64,000 nt of DNA, from the NCBI GenBank assembly GCA_947478395.1, contig CANJVR010000002.1, positions 576,001 through 640,000 of the forward strand, read 5' to 3'. The notes under the pieces are model-generated. The model made no database searches. It had not been told where the DNA came from and saw only the letters and a program-made list of their open reading frames with translations. Position numbers and translations under genes: made by a program. The DNA is from Opitutia bacterium. Its GTDB lineage: Bacteria; Verrucomicrobiota; Verrucomicrobiia; Opitutales; Opitutaceae. Of the stretch, positions 1 through 10,097 are shown piece by piece. Numbering within the stretch: position 1 is the stretch's first letter; every line of letters starts with the position of its first letter.

Positions 1-262
1 AATGGTTTTCAGACCCGATACGGAGCGCCCATCCCCGCGGCGCTCAATCCTCATCTCCAGCGCGCCAAATCTTTCGCTCGGTCCCCTCAAGCCAGGGCCC
101 GCTTAACACGCGAAAACGCGCTAAACATAAAACCGAGTTCTCGGCCGGTCCGAATTTAGCGTTAATTTGCGAGTTTCGCGGGCACCGACCGGATTCCGTG
201 CCCGTCCGAGATTCCCGTTGACGCCGGAGAAGCGCATCCTTTTCTCTGACCGCTCACGTGAC

Positions 263-338
263 GGCAAGATAGCTCAGTTGGTAGAGCAGTTGACTGAAAA
301 TCAACGTGTCCTCGGTTCGATTCCGAGTCTTGCCACCA
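263..338 (+). tRNA. tRNA-Phe (GAA)
   Basis: 76 nt GGCAAGA...TCTTGCCA-CCA. D-arm AGCTCAGTTGGTAGAGC, anticodon stem GTTGA/TCAAC with loop CT-GAA-AA, T-loop GGTTCGATTCC, encoded CCA. Confidence 0.98.
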
Positions 339-825
339 CTTCCGCCTAGAGAGGGGAATAGCCCGCTAGAAAACCTAGCGGCATCAGAATTGTCGCTTCA
401 GAGCCATACGCTCCGCGACACGATCAGCTCGATATCGGCACTCGCTTGCGACGCGGAATCTTTGCGACGCCATGCCGACGGCGCCGACACTGGCCCGTTT
501 TTCATGCAGCCCGACCGCGGCGTTGAAAACCCCGGCACGAGGAACTGGCGAGCCCGCTGCTTCGCACTAGCCATTATCTGCGCGCCCAATTCCTTCGGCC
601 CCGCGGGGCATTTGCTCTCGTCAACGGCAGGAAGAATACTGCCTGGGTTCGTCACGCTCGATCGAGGTGCGTACGCTGCACGAGTGAACGATCTTCGGCG
701 GAGCGAGCGGCGTCAGCTTGCTGGCGACTTACAGGGCGCCCGGCGTGCGGAGCAGAGAAGCCGACCGAATAAAGTGCCCCGCAGGTCAGCGTGCTGGCGC
801 ACTCACGATCGCGTGCTCAGAGAAT

Positions 826-855
826 AAAAAACCCGCCGCTTTTTAGGCGGCGGGT
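826..855 (-). terminator. Rho-independent terminator of the FKBP gene
   Basis: On the minus strand, GC stem ACCCGCCGC/GCGGCGGGT followed by a T tract, ~30 bp past the stop codon. Confidence 0.8.
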
Positions 856-883
856 GGCGTGAATCGAAAGCTAAGCGCGCGGA

Positions 884-1672
884 TTATTTAACCGGCATCG
901 CCATCGCCGGAGCGGCGGGCGTCGGCTTGATGTCGAGCATCTCGACGTCGAAAATCAACGTGGACGATGGCGGAATGTTGCCGCGTGCGTCGTCGCCATA
1001 AGCGAGCGAAGGCGGAACGTAGAGTTTGATCTTACCACCCTTGCTGATCTTTTGCAGACCCTCGGTCCAGCCGGGGATCACGCCGTCGAGCGGGAATTCC
1101 GCGGGCTCATTGCGCTGCACGGAGCTATCGAACACGGAGCCGTCGATCAACGTACCGGTGTAGTGCACCTTCACGGTCTCGGTCGGCTTCGGCGCCGGGC
1201 CATCGCCCGCTTTGACGATTTCGTAGCGCAGGCCGCTCGGCAGCTCGACGACGTTCTTGTTTTCCTTGAGCTTGGTGAAGAACGCCACGTTCTGCGCCTG
1301 GCTCTCCGCTTTCAATTTGGCGAGATAGGTGTCCTGCTTTTTCTTCATGAAATCGTCCATGGCCGGACCGATTTTGGGCAGATCGAAAGGCGAATCTTTA
1401 CCAGCGACGGCGGTTCCCATTCCCTTCAACAGGGACTCGATCTCCGCGGCGCTGAAGTTCAGCTCGGAGAGGCCAATGCGCTTACCCATGAACCAGCCGA
1501 ATTCCTCGAGCAGTTGGGCGTCGGTGAACGTCACGGCAGCGGCGGCCGGGGCGGCAGCTGGGGCGGCGGCCGCAGGGGCGCCGGGAATGTTCAGTTTAAC
1601 CTCCTGGGCTTGAGTCGCGGCGGTCGTGCCGAGCGCGAGCAGGGAAAGCGTAAGGGCTGATTTCAGTTTCAT
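884..1672 (-). CDS. FKBP-type peptidyl-prolyl cis-trans isomerase (FkpA/Mip-like), exported
   Basis: Signal peptide MKLKSALTLSLLAL. FKBP motifs VKVHYTGTLIDGSVFDSS, VIPGWTEGL, IPPSSTLIFDVEM. Confidence 0.95.
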   Translation of the reverse strand: MKLKSALTLSLLALGTTAATQAQEVKLNIPGAPAAAAPAAAPAAAAVTFTDAQLLEEFGWFMGKRIGLSELNFSAAEIESLLKGMGTAVAGKDSPFDLPKIGPAMDDFMKKKQDTYLAKLKAESQAQNVAFFTKLKENKNVVELPSGLRYEIVKAGDGPAPKPTETVKVHYTGTLIDGSVFDSSVQRNEPAEFPLDGVIPGWTEGLQKISKGGKIKLYVPPSLAYGDDARGNIPPSSTLIFDVEMLDIKPTPAAPAMAMPVK

Positions 1673-1920
1673 GCGTGGTTGTTGATGGAGACGTGAATGG
1701 AAACGGCGGAGGCTGAATTGTGCCGTAAAACTTTTGGATGTGCCCTTGCCGTGCCGGGAATGCAATCCCTATTAGGCGGGCGATCTGCCACGCGCTCGGT
1801 CGGCCGCCCCGACGGACTACATCGGCCTCGTCGGCTTCGCGCGCGAGATCGAGGCACCTTTTCCTGTCCCCGCGCGCTTGTGTTGGCGAGCGGCGCCCTT
1901 CAATGCTTCCCGTCCTCACC

Positions 1921-3828
1921 ATGAGCCCCGATCAATTTTGGACCAGCCAGGACGGACAGATTCTGACTGTTAAGAACAAGGACGAGCGTTGCGTCACGTT
2001 GACCCTGGCGTTCTGGCCGCGCAATCCGCTCGAGTTCGATTTCATCAAAGCCCAGATCGCAGGCCTCAAGTTTACCGAACGCAGCTCGCTCGCCCGTATC
2101 GGCATCGAGATGATCCTCCAAGGTCCACCCGCACTAGAAAATAACCGTGTCGTGCTCGTCGCCGAGGCCTTCATCTACGACCAGAGTTTTCCCAACGCCC
2201 CGTTCTGGAAAAAACTTCTGCGGCCCGGCGTCCCCGTCGGCCGGCTTTTCCTCGCGCCCACCGCCGCGAAACTTTCCACCGGAGAAATCTGGGATGCCAT
2301 CAAGGGCAACGAAATCAAGCTGCCCAACACGATCTCGATCGACTCGCGCGGGCGCGTTTTTCTTACCCCGCACCAGGTCAGTTATACGCTCTCGAACAAA
2401 CTTTCGCGGATCAATTTCGAGCACATCGTCAGCGGCAACGCCGGCCGCGCCTTCATCGACAAGATTCAGGTGCGCCGCGACGCCTCGCCCCTCACGATCT
2501 CGCCGCACTCCGGCATCCTCACGAGCTGCTCGATGTTCCTGAAGGAGCACTTCGTCGTCCTCAATCAAGGCGAGGGCAACTTCGGGCTGCACACCAGCGC
2601 CATCCTCCTCGATCCAATCAAGACTTTCGGCACGAACATCATGCTGGAAATCTACAACACCGGCGACCAGCCCGTGGTGAATCCGATGGTGTCGGTCGAT
2701 ATTTTCCGCGCGCCACCGTTCACCGACCCCGAGTTCAAAACGCTCGCGAAAAAGCGCCAGCGCCTCCTCGGCACCGCGTCCGGAATTTTCAAGTGCCTCG
2801 ACGACAACCCGCCACGCGAAACCGCCGAAGCCCATCCGAAAACCAAGATCACCGTCCGCGGCCAGAGCGGCTCGATGGAAAACCGCAGCCTGATCGTCCG
2901 CGCCAACGAGGACCTCAGGAAATTCCTCGAAGGCGAAGCGTGCCCAATCGGCAGCCGCACCATGATCCAGGCGCTCGACGCGGCCCCGGCCGACGCCGAC
3001 ACGCTCATCGTCGACTATTTCCCTGATCTGCTCGAGCACATCGAACTGCTTACGCGCATCGGCGACGTGAAGCTGAAGCGGATCATTTTCCGCAAGGCCT
3101 CGCGCACCCATGGTTATTTTCTTTCCAGCAATGCCCACGCGCGTCTCGACACCTTCGACGCCATCGGCGTGCAGGTTTACTGGTACGACGAGACCACCAA
3201 GGAACTCTACGCCCACGTCTATAAGAAGGACCATGGCTTCTTCGTGCGCGAGGAGCTCGCGCGAAAATTCCAGGAGACCACCATCGTCGCATTTTACGGC
3301 TCGGCCATCGGCCTCGAAAAAGCCGACACCGATCGCATCACCGGCCTGGTCGAGCAGCTGCACGGCTTCATCGGCTCAAACATCGGCGTGCTCACGGGCG
3401 GCGGCGGCGGCGTCATGCGGCTCGCCACCGACCTCGCCCGCACGAAAGGGGCCCTCACAGGGGCGTGCTTCCTCGAACTCGAGGCGCAACCTCCGGAGCT
3501 CGGCGTGGATTTTTTCAACACGTTCCAGGAAGCGTCGCGGCACTTTCGCCAAAAATGGTTTGAGGCGGCGGATTTCTGCATCTTCAACGTCGGTGGCGTC
3601 GGCACACTCGAGGAAATCGGCATCGAGATGTGCAACCTGAAGCTCGGCATCCGTCCGCGCACGCCCTACGTATTTTTCAACGCGCGCTTCTGGGGCGACC
3701 TGCGGAAGCAAATCAAAGAAATGATCCGCACCAAACGCGCGCCCGCGTGGATCGCCGACTACATCTTGTTCACCGACGACCCCGCCGAAGTCATCGCATT
3801 CTACCGGAAAAAATTACAGGTGCTGTAG
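1921..3828 (+). CDS. Large LOG (SLOG) family nucleotide-processing protein with N-terminal dCTP-deaminase/dUTPase-like region
   Basis: C-terminal LOG motifs FYGSA, TGGGGGVM, GGVGTLEE. N-terminal RSSLARIG and HTSAILLDP..LEIYNTG resemble Dcd motifs. Confidence 0.8.
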   Translation: MSPDQFWTSQDGQILTVKNKDERCVTLTLAFWPRNPLEFDFIKAQIAGLKFTERSSLARIGIEMILQGPPALENNRVVLVAEAFIYDQSFPNAPFWKKLLRPGVPVGRLFLAPTAAKLSTGEIWDAIKGNEIKLPNTISIDSRGRVFLTPHQVSYTLSNKLSRINFEHIVSGNAGRAFIDKIQVRRDASPLTISPHSGILTSCSMFLKEHFVVLNQGEGNFGLHTSAILLDPIKTFGTNIMLEIYNTGDQPVVNPMVSVDIFRAPPFTDPEFKTLAKKRQRLLGTASGIFKCLDDNPPRETAEAHPKTKITVRGQSGSMENRSLIVRANEDLRKFLEGEACPIGSRTMIQALDAAPADADTLIVDYFPDLLEHIELLTRIGDVKLKRIIFRKASRTHGYFLSSNAHARLDTFDAIGVQVYWYDETTKELYAHVYKKDHGFFVREELARKFQETTIVAFYGSAIGLEKADTDRITGLVEQLHGFIGSNIGVLTGGGGGVMRLATDLARTKGALTGACFLELEAQPPELGVDFFNTFQEASRHFRQKWFEAADFCIFNVGGVGTLEEIGIEMCNLKLGIRPRTPYVFFNARFWGDLRKQIKEMIRTKRAPAWIADYILFTDDPAEVIAFYRKKLQVL

Positions 3829-3952
3829 GAGCCGTTCCCAATTACCCTCCGCCCGAAGATCAGCGCACGGACCGACACGGATGCGCTCCTCAGAAAATAG
3901 GTGACAGGACTAGTCCTTGCTTCTTGAGCCTACGTCTGAATTTTTTCGGAGC

Positions 3953-5260
3953 GTGAGAGAACCACTACCTGCCTCCATCCTCGTCGTCGGCGCGGGCGGA
4001 CGTGAACACACCCTCGTTCGCTGCCTCGTCGCCTCGCCCGGCAAACCGCGCGTGATCTGCGCCCCCGGCAATGCCGGCATCGCTGCGGAGGTGGCGTGTT
4101 TTCCCGTCGCTGCCGATGACATTCTCGGACTCGTCGCCCTCGCCCAGCAGGAAAAAATTCAGTTTGTCGTCATCGGACCAGAGGTCCCGCTCGCGCTCGG
4201 GCTGGCCGACCTGCTCATCGCCGCCGGCATTCCCGTTTACGGCCCGACCGCCGATGGCGCGCGACTGGAGGCTTCCAAGGTTTTCACCAAGCAGCTGCTG
4301 CTTAAATACCATATTCCCACCGCACCGGCGGCGGTTTTCAACGACCGGGAAATCATCCAGGCCGTCCTCTACCTGCGATCGCGGATGTTGCCGATCGTGA
4401 TCAAGGCCGATGGCCTTGCCGCGGGCAAAGGTGTGGTCATCTCCCGGGACCGCCGGGAGGCCGAGAGCATCGTGCGCGATATGCTTTACGGCACGCGCTT
4501 CGGCGATGCGGGCCGCAAAGTTCTCATCGAGGACTGGATGTACGGGGAGGAAACCTCGATCCTCGTCGTTGTCTCGGGCCGCGACTACATCATCCTCCCA
4601 ACCTCACAGGATCACAAACGTATCGGCGACGGCGATGCCGGACCGAACACAGGCGGCATGGGCACGTACTCGCCCGCCGAGGTCGTCACACCGGAAATGC
4701 TCGAGCGCATCGACCGCGAAATCGTCCGTCCGTCGGTCGAGGCCATCGCCAAGGAGGGGATGGTCTTTCGCGGCACGCTCTTCATCGGCGTCATGCTGAC
4801 CGACAAGGGTCCGAGCGTAATCGAATACAACACCCGCTTCGGCGATCCCGAGACCCAGGTCGTGCTGCCCCGCCTCGAAACGGATTTGCTGAAGCTATTG
4901 TGGGCGGCGGCGACCGATCACCTCCGAGAAATTGAATTGGCCGTCCGCCCCGATCACGGGTTGTGCGTGGTGATCGCGGCGCGCGGATATCCCGATACCT
5001 ATCCAAAGGGCGACGTCATCACCCTACCCGACTCCGCTGCCTTACCGGCCGGCACCACGATTTACCACGCGGGCACGACGAAAAATGCCGCGGGTGAAAT
5101 CGTCACCAACGGTGGCCGTGTGCTCGGGGTCACTGCCTTCGCTTCCACGTTGCGCGTTGCCGCCGATCGCGCGTACGCCGCGTGCGAACAGGTCCAGTGT
5201 GCCTCCAAATATTTTCGGCGCGACATCGGCGCGCGACAGCTGAAGCGTATCGCGCCGTGA
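3953..5260 (+). CDS. purD: Phosphoribosylamine--glycine ligase
   Basis: GAGGREH, APGNAG, IKADGLAAGKGV, QDHKR..GPNTGGMG, EYNTRFGDPETQ. Start uncertain (GTG 3953). Confidence 0.97.
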   Translation: MREPLPASILVVGAGGREHTLVRCLVASPGKPRVICAPGNAGIAAEVACFPVAADDILGLVALAQQEKIQFVVIGPEVPLALGLADLLIAAGIPVYGPTADGARLEASKVFTKQLLLKYHIPTAPAAVFNDREIIQAVLYLRSRMLPIVIKADGLAAGKGVVISRDRREAESIVRDMLYGTRFGDAGRKVLIEDWMYGEETSILVVVSGRDYIILPTSQDHKRIGDGDAGPNTGGMGTYSPAEVVTPEMLERIDREIVRPSVEAIAKEGMVFRGTLFIGVMLTDKGPSVIEYNTRFGDPETQVVLPRLETDLLKLLWAAATDHLREIELAVRPDHGLCVVIAARGYPDTYPKGDVITLPDSAALPAGTTIYHAGTTKNAAGEIVTNGGRVLGVTAFASTLRVAADRAYAACEQVQCASKYFRRDIGARQLKRIAP

Positions 5261-5538
5261 CGAGACCGCGCAAATCCTGGGGTGGAAAAAACGCGCTCTC
5301 AAAGGGACGCTCGAAAGTCGCGGTGATCGACGCGGTCAACGCTGCGAGTCCCGTCACCGTCGGTATTTTCGCGTGGATCGCCTCGCCCGCCGCGAGCGAA
5401 GCCGAGCGGAGCGCCGAACCCCAAATCCAAGCGCGGCACCTCCGCTCAACGCAAACCCCGCACCGCAGAGCGGCGCCGCATCGCGCCCCGCCGCAAACGT
5501 TGTTTTATCGCTGACGACGAGTCGGCCCTTTTCGAACC

Positions 5539-6201
5539 ATGATACGCCTCCTATTTCTTGTCCTCATTATCAGCGCCGGACACGCCGCGCCTTTCACGGG
5601 CGATCTCGGTTCCGGCCTCTTATATTATCGGGCCCACGAACTGCCGGGCGACCTTCCCGCACCCGCGGCCCAAGCTGGCCAGTCCTGCGTGCTAGATCTT
5701 CGTTTTACCCGCGCTGACGCCGCGGCCGCGACCGCGCTCTCGGGCTGGATAAAATTTCACGCCGCTCCGCGCTCGCCCGTTTTCATCCTCGCCAACGCCG
5801 AGACAAGCGCAGCGGTTCTGGCCGTCCTCTCCCGCCGTGATGCGTCACCCGGAATCATCCTGCTCGGCGCGGCGGCCGCCGGCTTCGCGCCCGACATTGC
5901 CGTCGCGGTGGAAGCCGCCGTGGAACGCACCGCGTACGACGCGGCCGAAAGTGGGATTGCGCTGGAGCGGCTGGTTTATGCACCCGTGGAAAAAGTGCGC
6001 AACGACGAGGCCAAACTCGCCCGCGAGCGAAAATCCGAGACATCATCGGATAATCCTCCGCGGCCCAGCCCGGCGGTGCGCGAAAACACCGAACCCGCCG
6101 CTGCGCCAGCCGCTCAACCCAGTCCGCCGCCGTTGACCGATCCGGTATTGCAGCGGGCGGTGCATCTCCACCGGGCCCTTCTGGCGCTCAAACGGATTTG
6201 A
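5539..6201 (+). CDS. Exported hypothetical protein with a degenerate S41 (tail-specific protease)-like fold
   Basis: Signal peptide. VLDLRF, FAPDIAV and C-terminal DPVLQRAV echo S41 motifs, but there is no clear catalytic SASE/Lys. Confidence 0.6.
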   Translation: MIRLLFLVLIISAGHAAPFTGDLGSGLLYYRAHELPGDLPAPAAQAGQSCVLDLRFTRADAAAATALSGWIKFHAAPRSPVFILANAETSAAVLAVLSRRDASPGIILLGAAAAGFAPDIAVAVEAAVERTAYDAAESGIALERLVYAPVEKVRNDEAKLARERKSETSSDNPPRPSPAVRENTEPAAAPAAQPSPPPLTDPVLQRAVHLHRALLALKRI

Positions 6202-6252
6202 ATTTCACCCGGATTGCATTTCCGGACAAATCGCTTCTTGTCCTACTCGCAG

Positions 6253-6732
6253 ATGCCCGAGTTCGATTACATCCTCGTTGTTTGCACGGCCAACATTTGC
6301 CGCAGTCCAATGGCGGCGGCGCTTCTTCAACACGCTCTTTCTGCCCAGCCGCCGCCGCTTCGTTCCCTGAAGGTTCTGTCGGCTTCGGTCGCCGGCGGCA
6401 AAGGCGATACGGTCAGCCAGAATTCCGTCACCGCGCTGAAAAAAGTGGGCCTTGATATTTCTGGATACCGGAGTCGTCCGGCAACCGAAGACCTCGTGAA
6501 AAACGCGCGCCTTGTCCTAGGCATGACGGAGTCGCACCGGACCATGCTGCAGGCAGGTCTCAGTCCCACGCCACGCCACGTTTATCTTTTTCGTGAGTTC
6601 ATGCCGCCGCCGGCCGACATTGAAATCGCGGATCCCTTCGGCGGATCGCTTAAGCATTACGAAACAGCGCGCGACGAAATGGTCGAAGCCATCCCAAGTC
6701 TGGTGGAATTTATCCGCAAGCAGATGAAGTAA
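6253..6732 (+). CDS. Low-molecular-weight protein tyrosine/arginine phosphatase
   Basis: P-loop VCTANICRS and IADPFGG. Confidence 0.92.
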   Translation: MPEFDYILVVCTANICRSPMAAALLQHALSAQPPPLRSLKVLSASVAGGKGDTVSQNSVTALKKVGLDISGYRSRPATEDLVKNARLVLGMTESHRTMLQAGLSPTPRHVYLFREFMPPPADIEIADPFGGSLKHYETARDEMVEAIPSLVEFIRKQMK

Positions 6733-7028
6733 AGGCATCGGATTTCGACCCCACGGCGGTCCAAAATCCCACCGGGGCCGACGCCGGAGACGAATTCCCT
6801 GGGCCTCGTTGTGGCCAAAAGTCCGACGACTTTCTCCCCCGCCCAACGATATCGGCCGGATCGATTCCGTCTTGCGAACGTGGCGCGCAGGCCGGGCTTC
6901 AGGCCTCGATTGGTCAGCAGCGAATTTGGCCCACGGGGTGCAATCGAGCGGCTGCACCGCAACCGTTCACCGGCCAAAAAAATCTTTGCGTCGGCCCGCG
7001 TTTGCGTGAGCGTGACTGCTTTCCCGCC

Positions 7029-8294
7029 ATGCTGAACTCCTCGCCGCTTCCCGCGCTCGATCCAGAAATTTATTCGGCCATCGCGGCCGAGTTCGCCCGC
7101 CAGCAGAGCCACATCGAGCTCATTGCCTCGGAAAATTTCACCTATCCGGCCGTCATGCAGGCCCAAGGTAGCGTGCTCACGAACAAATACGCCGAAGGCT
7201 ACCCCGGCAAACGCTGGTATGGCGGCTGCGAATTCGTCGACAAAGTCGAACAGCTCGCCATCGACCGCGCGAAAAAACTTTTCGGCGCCGATCACGCCAA
7301 CGTTCAGCCCCACTCGGGCTCGCAAGCGAACTTCGCCGTTTACACGTCCTGTCTTCAGCCCGGCGACAAGATTCTGGGCATGAACCTGAGCCACGGCGGA
7401 CACCTCACGCACGGCAATCCCGCGAATTTCTCCGGCAAACTCTATAACTTCGTCCAATACGGCGTGCGCGCGGACACCGGCTTGATCGACTACGATGAAC
7501 TCGCGGCGACCGCGGAGCGCGAGCGTCCGAAGATGATCACCGTCGGCGCCAGCGCCTATTCCCGCGTCATCGATTTCGCGCGTATGGGCGAGATCGCCCG
7601 GAGCGTCGGTGCACTGCTCTTTGCCGATATCGCGCACATCGCCGGACTGGTTGCCGCCGGCGAACATCCCTCCCCCGTGCCGCACGCCGATTTCGTCACC
7701 ACCACCACACACAAAACTCTGCGTGGTCCGCGTGGCGGACTGGTGCTCTGCAAATCGGCGCACGCCAAGTCCATCGATTCCGCGGTCTTCCCCGGTGCGC
7801 AGGGCGGACCGTTGATGCACGTGATCGCCGCGAAGGCGGTCTGTTTCGCCGAGTGCCTGAAGCCCGAATTCAAAACCTACTCGGCACAGGTCATCAAAAA
7901 CTCCCGCGCCCTAGCTGCGGCGATGACCGGGCGCGGCTATAAAATTCTCACGGGCGGCACCGACAACCACCTGTTCCTCGTCGATCTGCGCGGGAATCTG
8001 CCCGAACTCACGGCTAAGAAGGCGCAGGAGACGCTCGATCTCGCCCATATCACCTGCAACAAGAACACGGTCCCCTACGAAACGCGCTCGCCGTTTCAGG
8101 CTTCCGGAATCCGTCTCGGCACGCCCGCCGTCACGACCCGAGGTTTGCTTGAAACCGACATGGACGAAATCGCCGCGTGCATCCATCTCGTGCTACCTGC
8201 GATCGGCACACCGGGCGAAGCCGCCGCGTTGGACGCCGCCACGAAACGCGCGGAGGCACTCATGCGCCGTTTCCCTTTGCCGTACGTACTTTGA
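7029..8294 (+). CDS. glyA: Serine hydroxymethyltransferase
   Basis: [37 protein letters not shown]. Confidence 0.98.
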   Translation: MLNSSPLPALDPEIYSAIAAEFARQQSHIELIASENFTYPAVMQAQGSVLTNKYAEGYPGKRWYGGCEFVDKVEQLAIDRAKKLFGADHANVQPHSGSQANFAVYTSCLQPGDKILGMNLSHGGHLTHGNPANFSGKLYNFVQYGVRADTGLIDYDELAATAERERPKMITVGASAYSRVIDFARMGEIARSVGALLFADIAHIAGLVAAGEHPSPVPHADFVTTTTHKTLRGPRGGLVLCKSAHAKSIDSAVFPGAQGGPLMHVIAAKAVCFAECLKPEFKTYSAQVIKNSRALAAAMTGRGYKILTGGTDNHLFLVDLRGNLPELTAKKAQETLDLAHITCNKNTVPYETRSPFQASGIRLGTPAVTTRGLLETDMDEIAACIHLVLPAIGTPGEAAALDAATKRAEALMRRFPLPYVL

Positions 8295-8759
8295 GCTCTT
8301 CGGAGCACCACCCGAACGGGCTTGGGATCCGCCTTTTCGAGCGGGGGTGGCGAGGCAACGGGAACCCCGCTCTTTCGTACGCACGTAGCTTTGAGTTACT
8401 CTGAGTAATTCGGTTTCGCCGTGTGACCAAGAAACGATTCCGCCCGGTCCGCGCCGCACTCTCGCTCAACGCGCCGACCACGCCCGACATCGACACGAAA
8501 ATTTCGCCTCCGGCTGCCAGCGATCAAGTCAGTGACCGCCACGCCGTGGCGCACCACCGCGAGCGGTCTCTTCATCGACGGCGTCGGGGCGGTGCGCGAA
8601 CTCGACGGCGAAGCGATCCTGCGTTGGTGAACGTTTTAAAATTTGGTTGAGAGCACGCCAGCTCGCTCGTGCGCCAACGCGCCACATTCGTCCGCAATCC
8701 AGGAACCTCCTTTGCGCCTTGGCGTCGGGCCGGATAGCGTTTTCCGTCTTTACTTCATC

Positions 8760-10097
8760 GTGTCCAAATCTCCCGCCGCCCCCCAACCCGCCGCTTCGCC
8801 CCGACCGCTGTCACTCGGCGTCATTTTCCTCACGCTTTACATCGATCTCATCGGGTTCTCGATCATCTTCCCGCTCGGGCCCGACTTGCTCGCGTACTAC
8901 CTGAACATCGACGGCCACAGCGGCGCCCTGGGGTGGTTGCTCAGCCAGACCGATGCCGCGGCCCACGCCCTCGGTCGCGACAACGCTTTCGCTGCGGTTC
9001 TTTTCGGCGGAGTGCTCAGTTCCTTTTTTTCCATCCTGCAATTTATCTTCGCGCCATTTTGGGGCGCGATTTCCGACAAACGGGGTCGCCGGGGCGTGCT
9101 GCTCATGACCGTCGCTGGCACGGCAGGCGGCTACCTGGTGTGGGTGTTAAGCGGCTCATTCTGGCTCTTCCTACTTTCGCGCATCGTCACCGGCGGCTTC
9201 AGCGGAAATCTTTCGGTTGCCACCGCGGCCGTCGCTGACGTCACCACGCGCGCCGAGCGTTCGAAAGCGATGGGCATTGTCGGCGCGGCGTTCGGCCTGG
9301 GCCTCGTCACGGGTCCGGCGCTTGGCGCGCTCACCGCGCACATCAATCTCCTCGACGCGTATCCCTCGCTCGCGCGGTTCGGGATCAATCCGTTTTCCGT
9401 ACCCGCCCTGATCGCGCTCGGCATGTGTGTCGTTAATCTTTTTTGGATTCAGCGACGCTTCAAGGAAACCCTCACGCCCGCGGCGCAGGCTGAGGCGCGC
9501 GACCCACGCATTCGCAATCCCATCAGCGCGATCTTCGGTCTCTCAAACCCCGCCGTGCGCCGCGCCAATCTCGTCGCCTTCGTGTACGCGGTCGCATTTG
9601 TCGCGATGGAATCGTCGCTCACGTTTTTGGCCGCGCAGCGCTTCGGCTACACCGCGCGGCAAAACGGCTGGCTGCTCGGCTTTCTCGGGCTCTGCTCGAT
9701 TGTGACTCAAGGTTATATCGTCCGGAAACTGCTCACGCGCATCGAAGAAACCCGCATACTGAGCGCCGGGCTCGTGTGCTCCGCCCTCGGTCTGTTGCTC
9801 ATCGGGATCGCGACCCAACCCTGGCTGCTCTACGTCGGTCTCGCGTTGCTCGCGGTCGGCTCCGGTCTCGTCAATCCCGCCACCACCGGTCTGATCTCGC
9901 TCTACAGCGGCCCGGAGGAACAGGGCCGCGTGCTGGGAATTTTCCGCTCCTTGGGTTCGCTCGCGCGTGCCATCACTCCGATCGCCGCTGGGATCGTATT
10001 CTGGCTGCTCGGGTCACGCAGCGTGTTCGTGGGTGGCGCAGTGTTTGCCGCGATCGCGTTCGGCTTGAGCGCGGCCCTGCCCAAACCGGTGAAATGA
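8760..10097 (+). CDS. MFS transporter (TetA/DHA1-like)
   Basis: About 12 hydrophobic segments, motif A GAISDKRGRR, N-terminal IDLIGFSIIFP. Confidence 0.9.
   Translation: MSKSPAAPQPAASPRPLSLGVIFLTLYIDLIGFSIIFPLGPDLLAYYLNIDGHSGALGWLLSQTDAAAHALGRDNAFAAVLFGGVLSSFFSILQFIFAPFWGAISDKRGRRGVLLMTVAGTAGGYLVWVLSGSFWLFLLSRIVTGGFSGNLSVATAAVADVTTRAERSKAMGIVGAAFGLGLVTGPALGALTAHINLLDAYPSLARFGINPFSVPALIALGMCVVNLFWIQRRFKETLTPAAQAEARDPRIRNPISAIFGLSNPAVRRANLVAFVYAVAFVAMESSLTFLAAQRFGYTARQNGWLLGFLGLCSIVTQGYIVRKLLTRIEETRILSAGLVCSALGLLLIGIATQPWLLYVGLALLAVGSGLVNPATTGLISLYSGPEEQGRVLGIFRSLGSLARAITPIAAGIVFWLLGSRSVFVGGAVFAAIAFGLSAALPKPVK

Noticed and set aside
339..825. ~490-bp region after tRNA-Phe as a possible integrated element or small gene
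   Set aside because: No integrase, no duplicated tRNA 3' end seen in the window, and the ORFs look like non-coding translations.
1738..1920. Extended N-termini in the ORF track (LOG protein, pyrB from 12142, protease from 9776, FGE from 55661, menB from 27530)
   Set aside because: The extensions overlap neighbouring genes or repeats and are not protein-like, so downstream starts were chosen.
3866..3882. CACGGACCGACACGGAT before purD as another CAC-periodic arm
   Set aside because: Only two units and no convincing inverted mate.
6733..7028. Possible ZMP/ZTP or other riboswitch upstream of glyA (also checked before purD and pyrR)
   Set aside because: Consensus elements could not be matched by eye. 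An Rfam scan would be needed.
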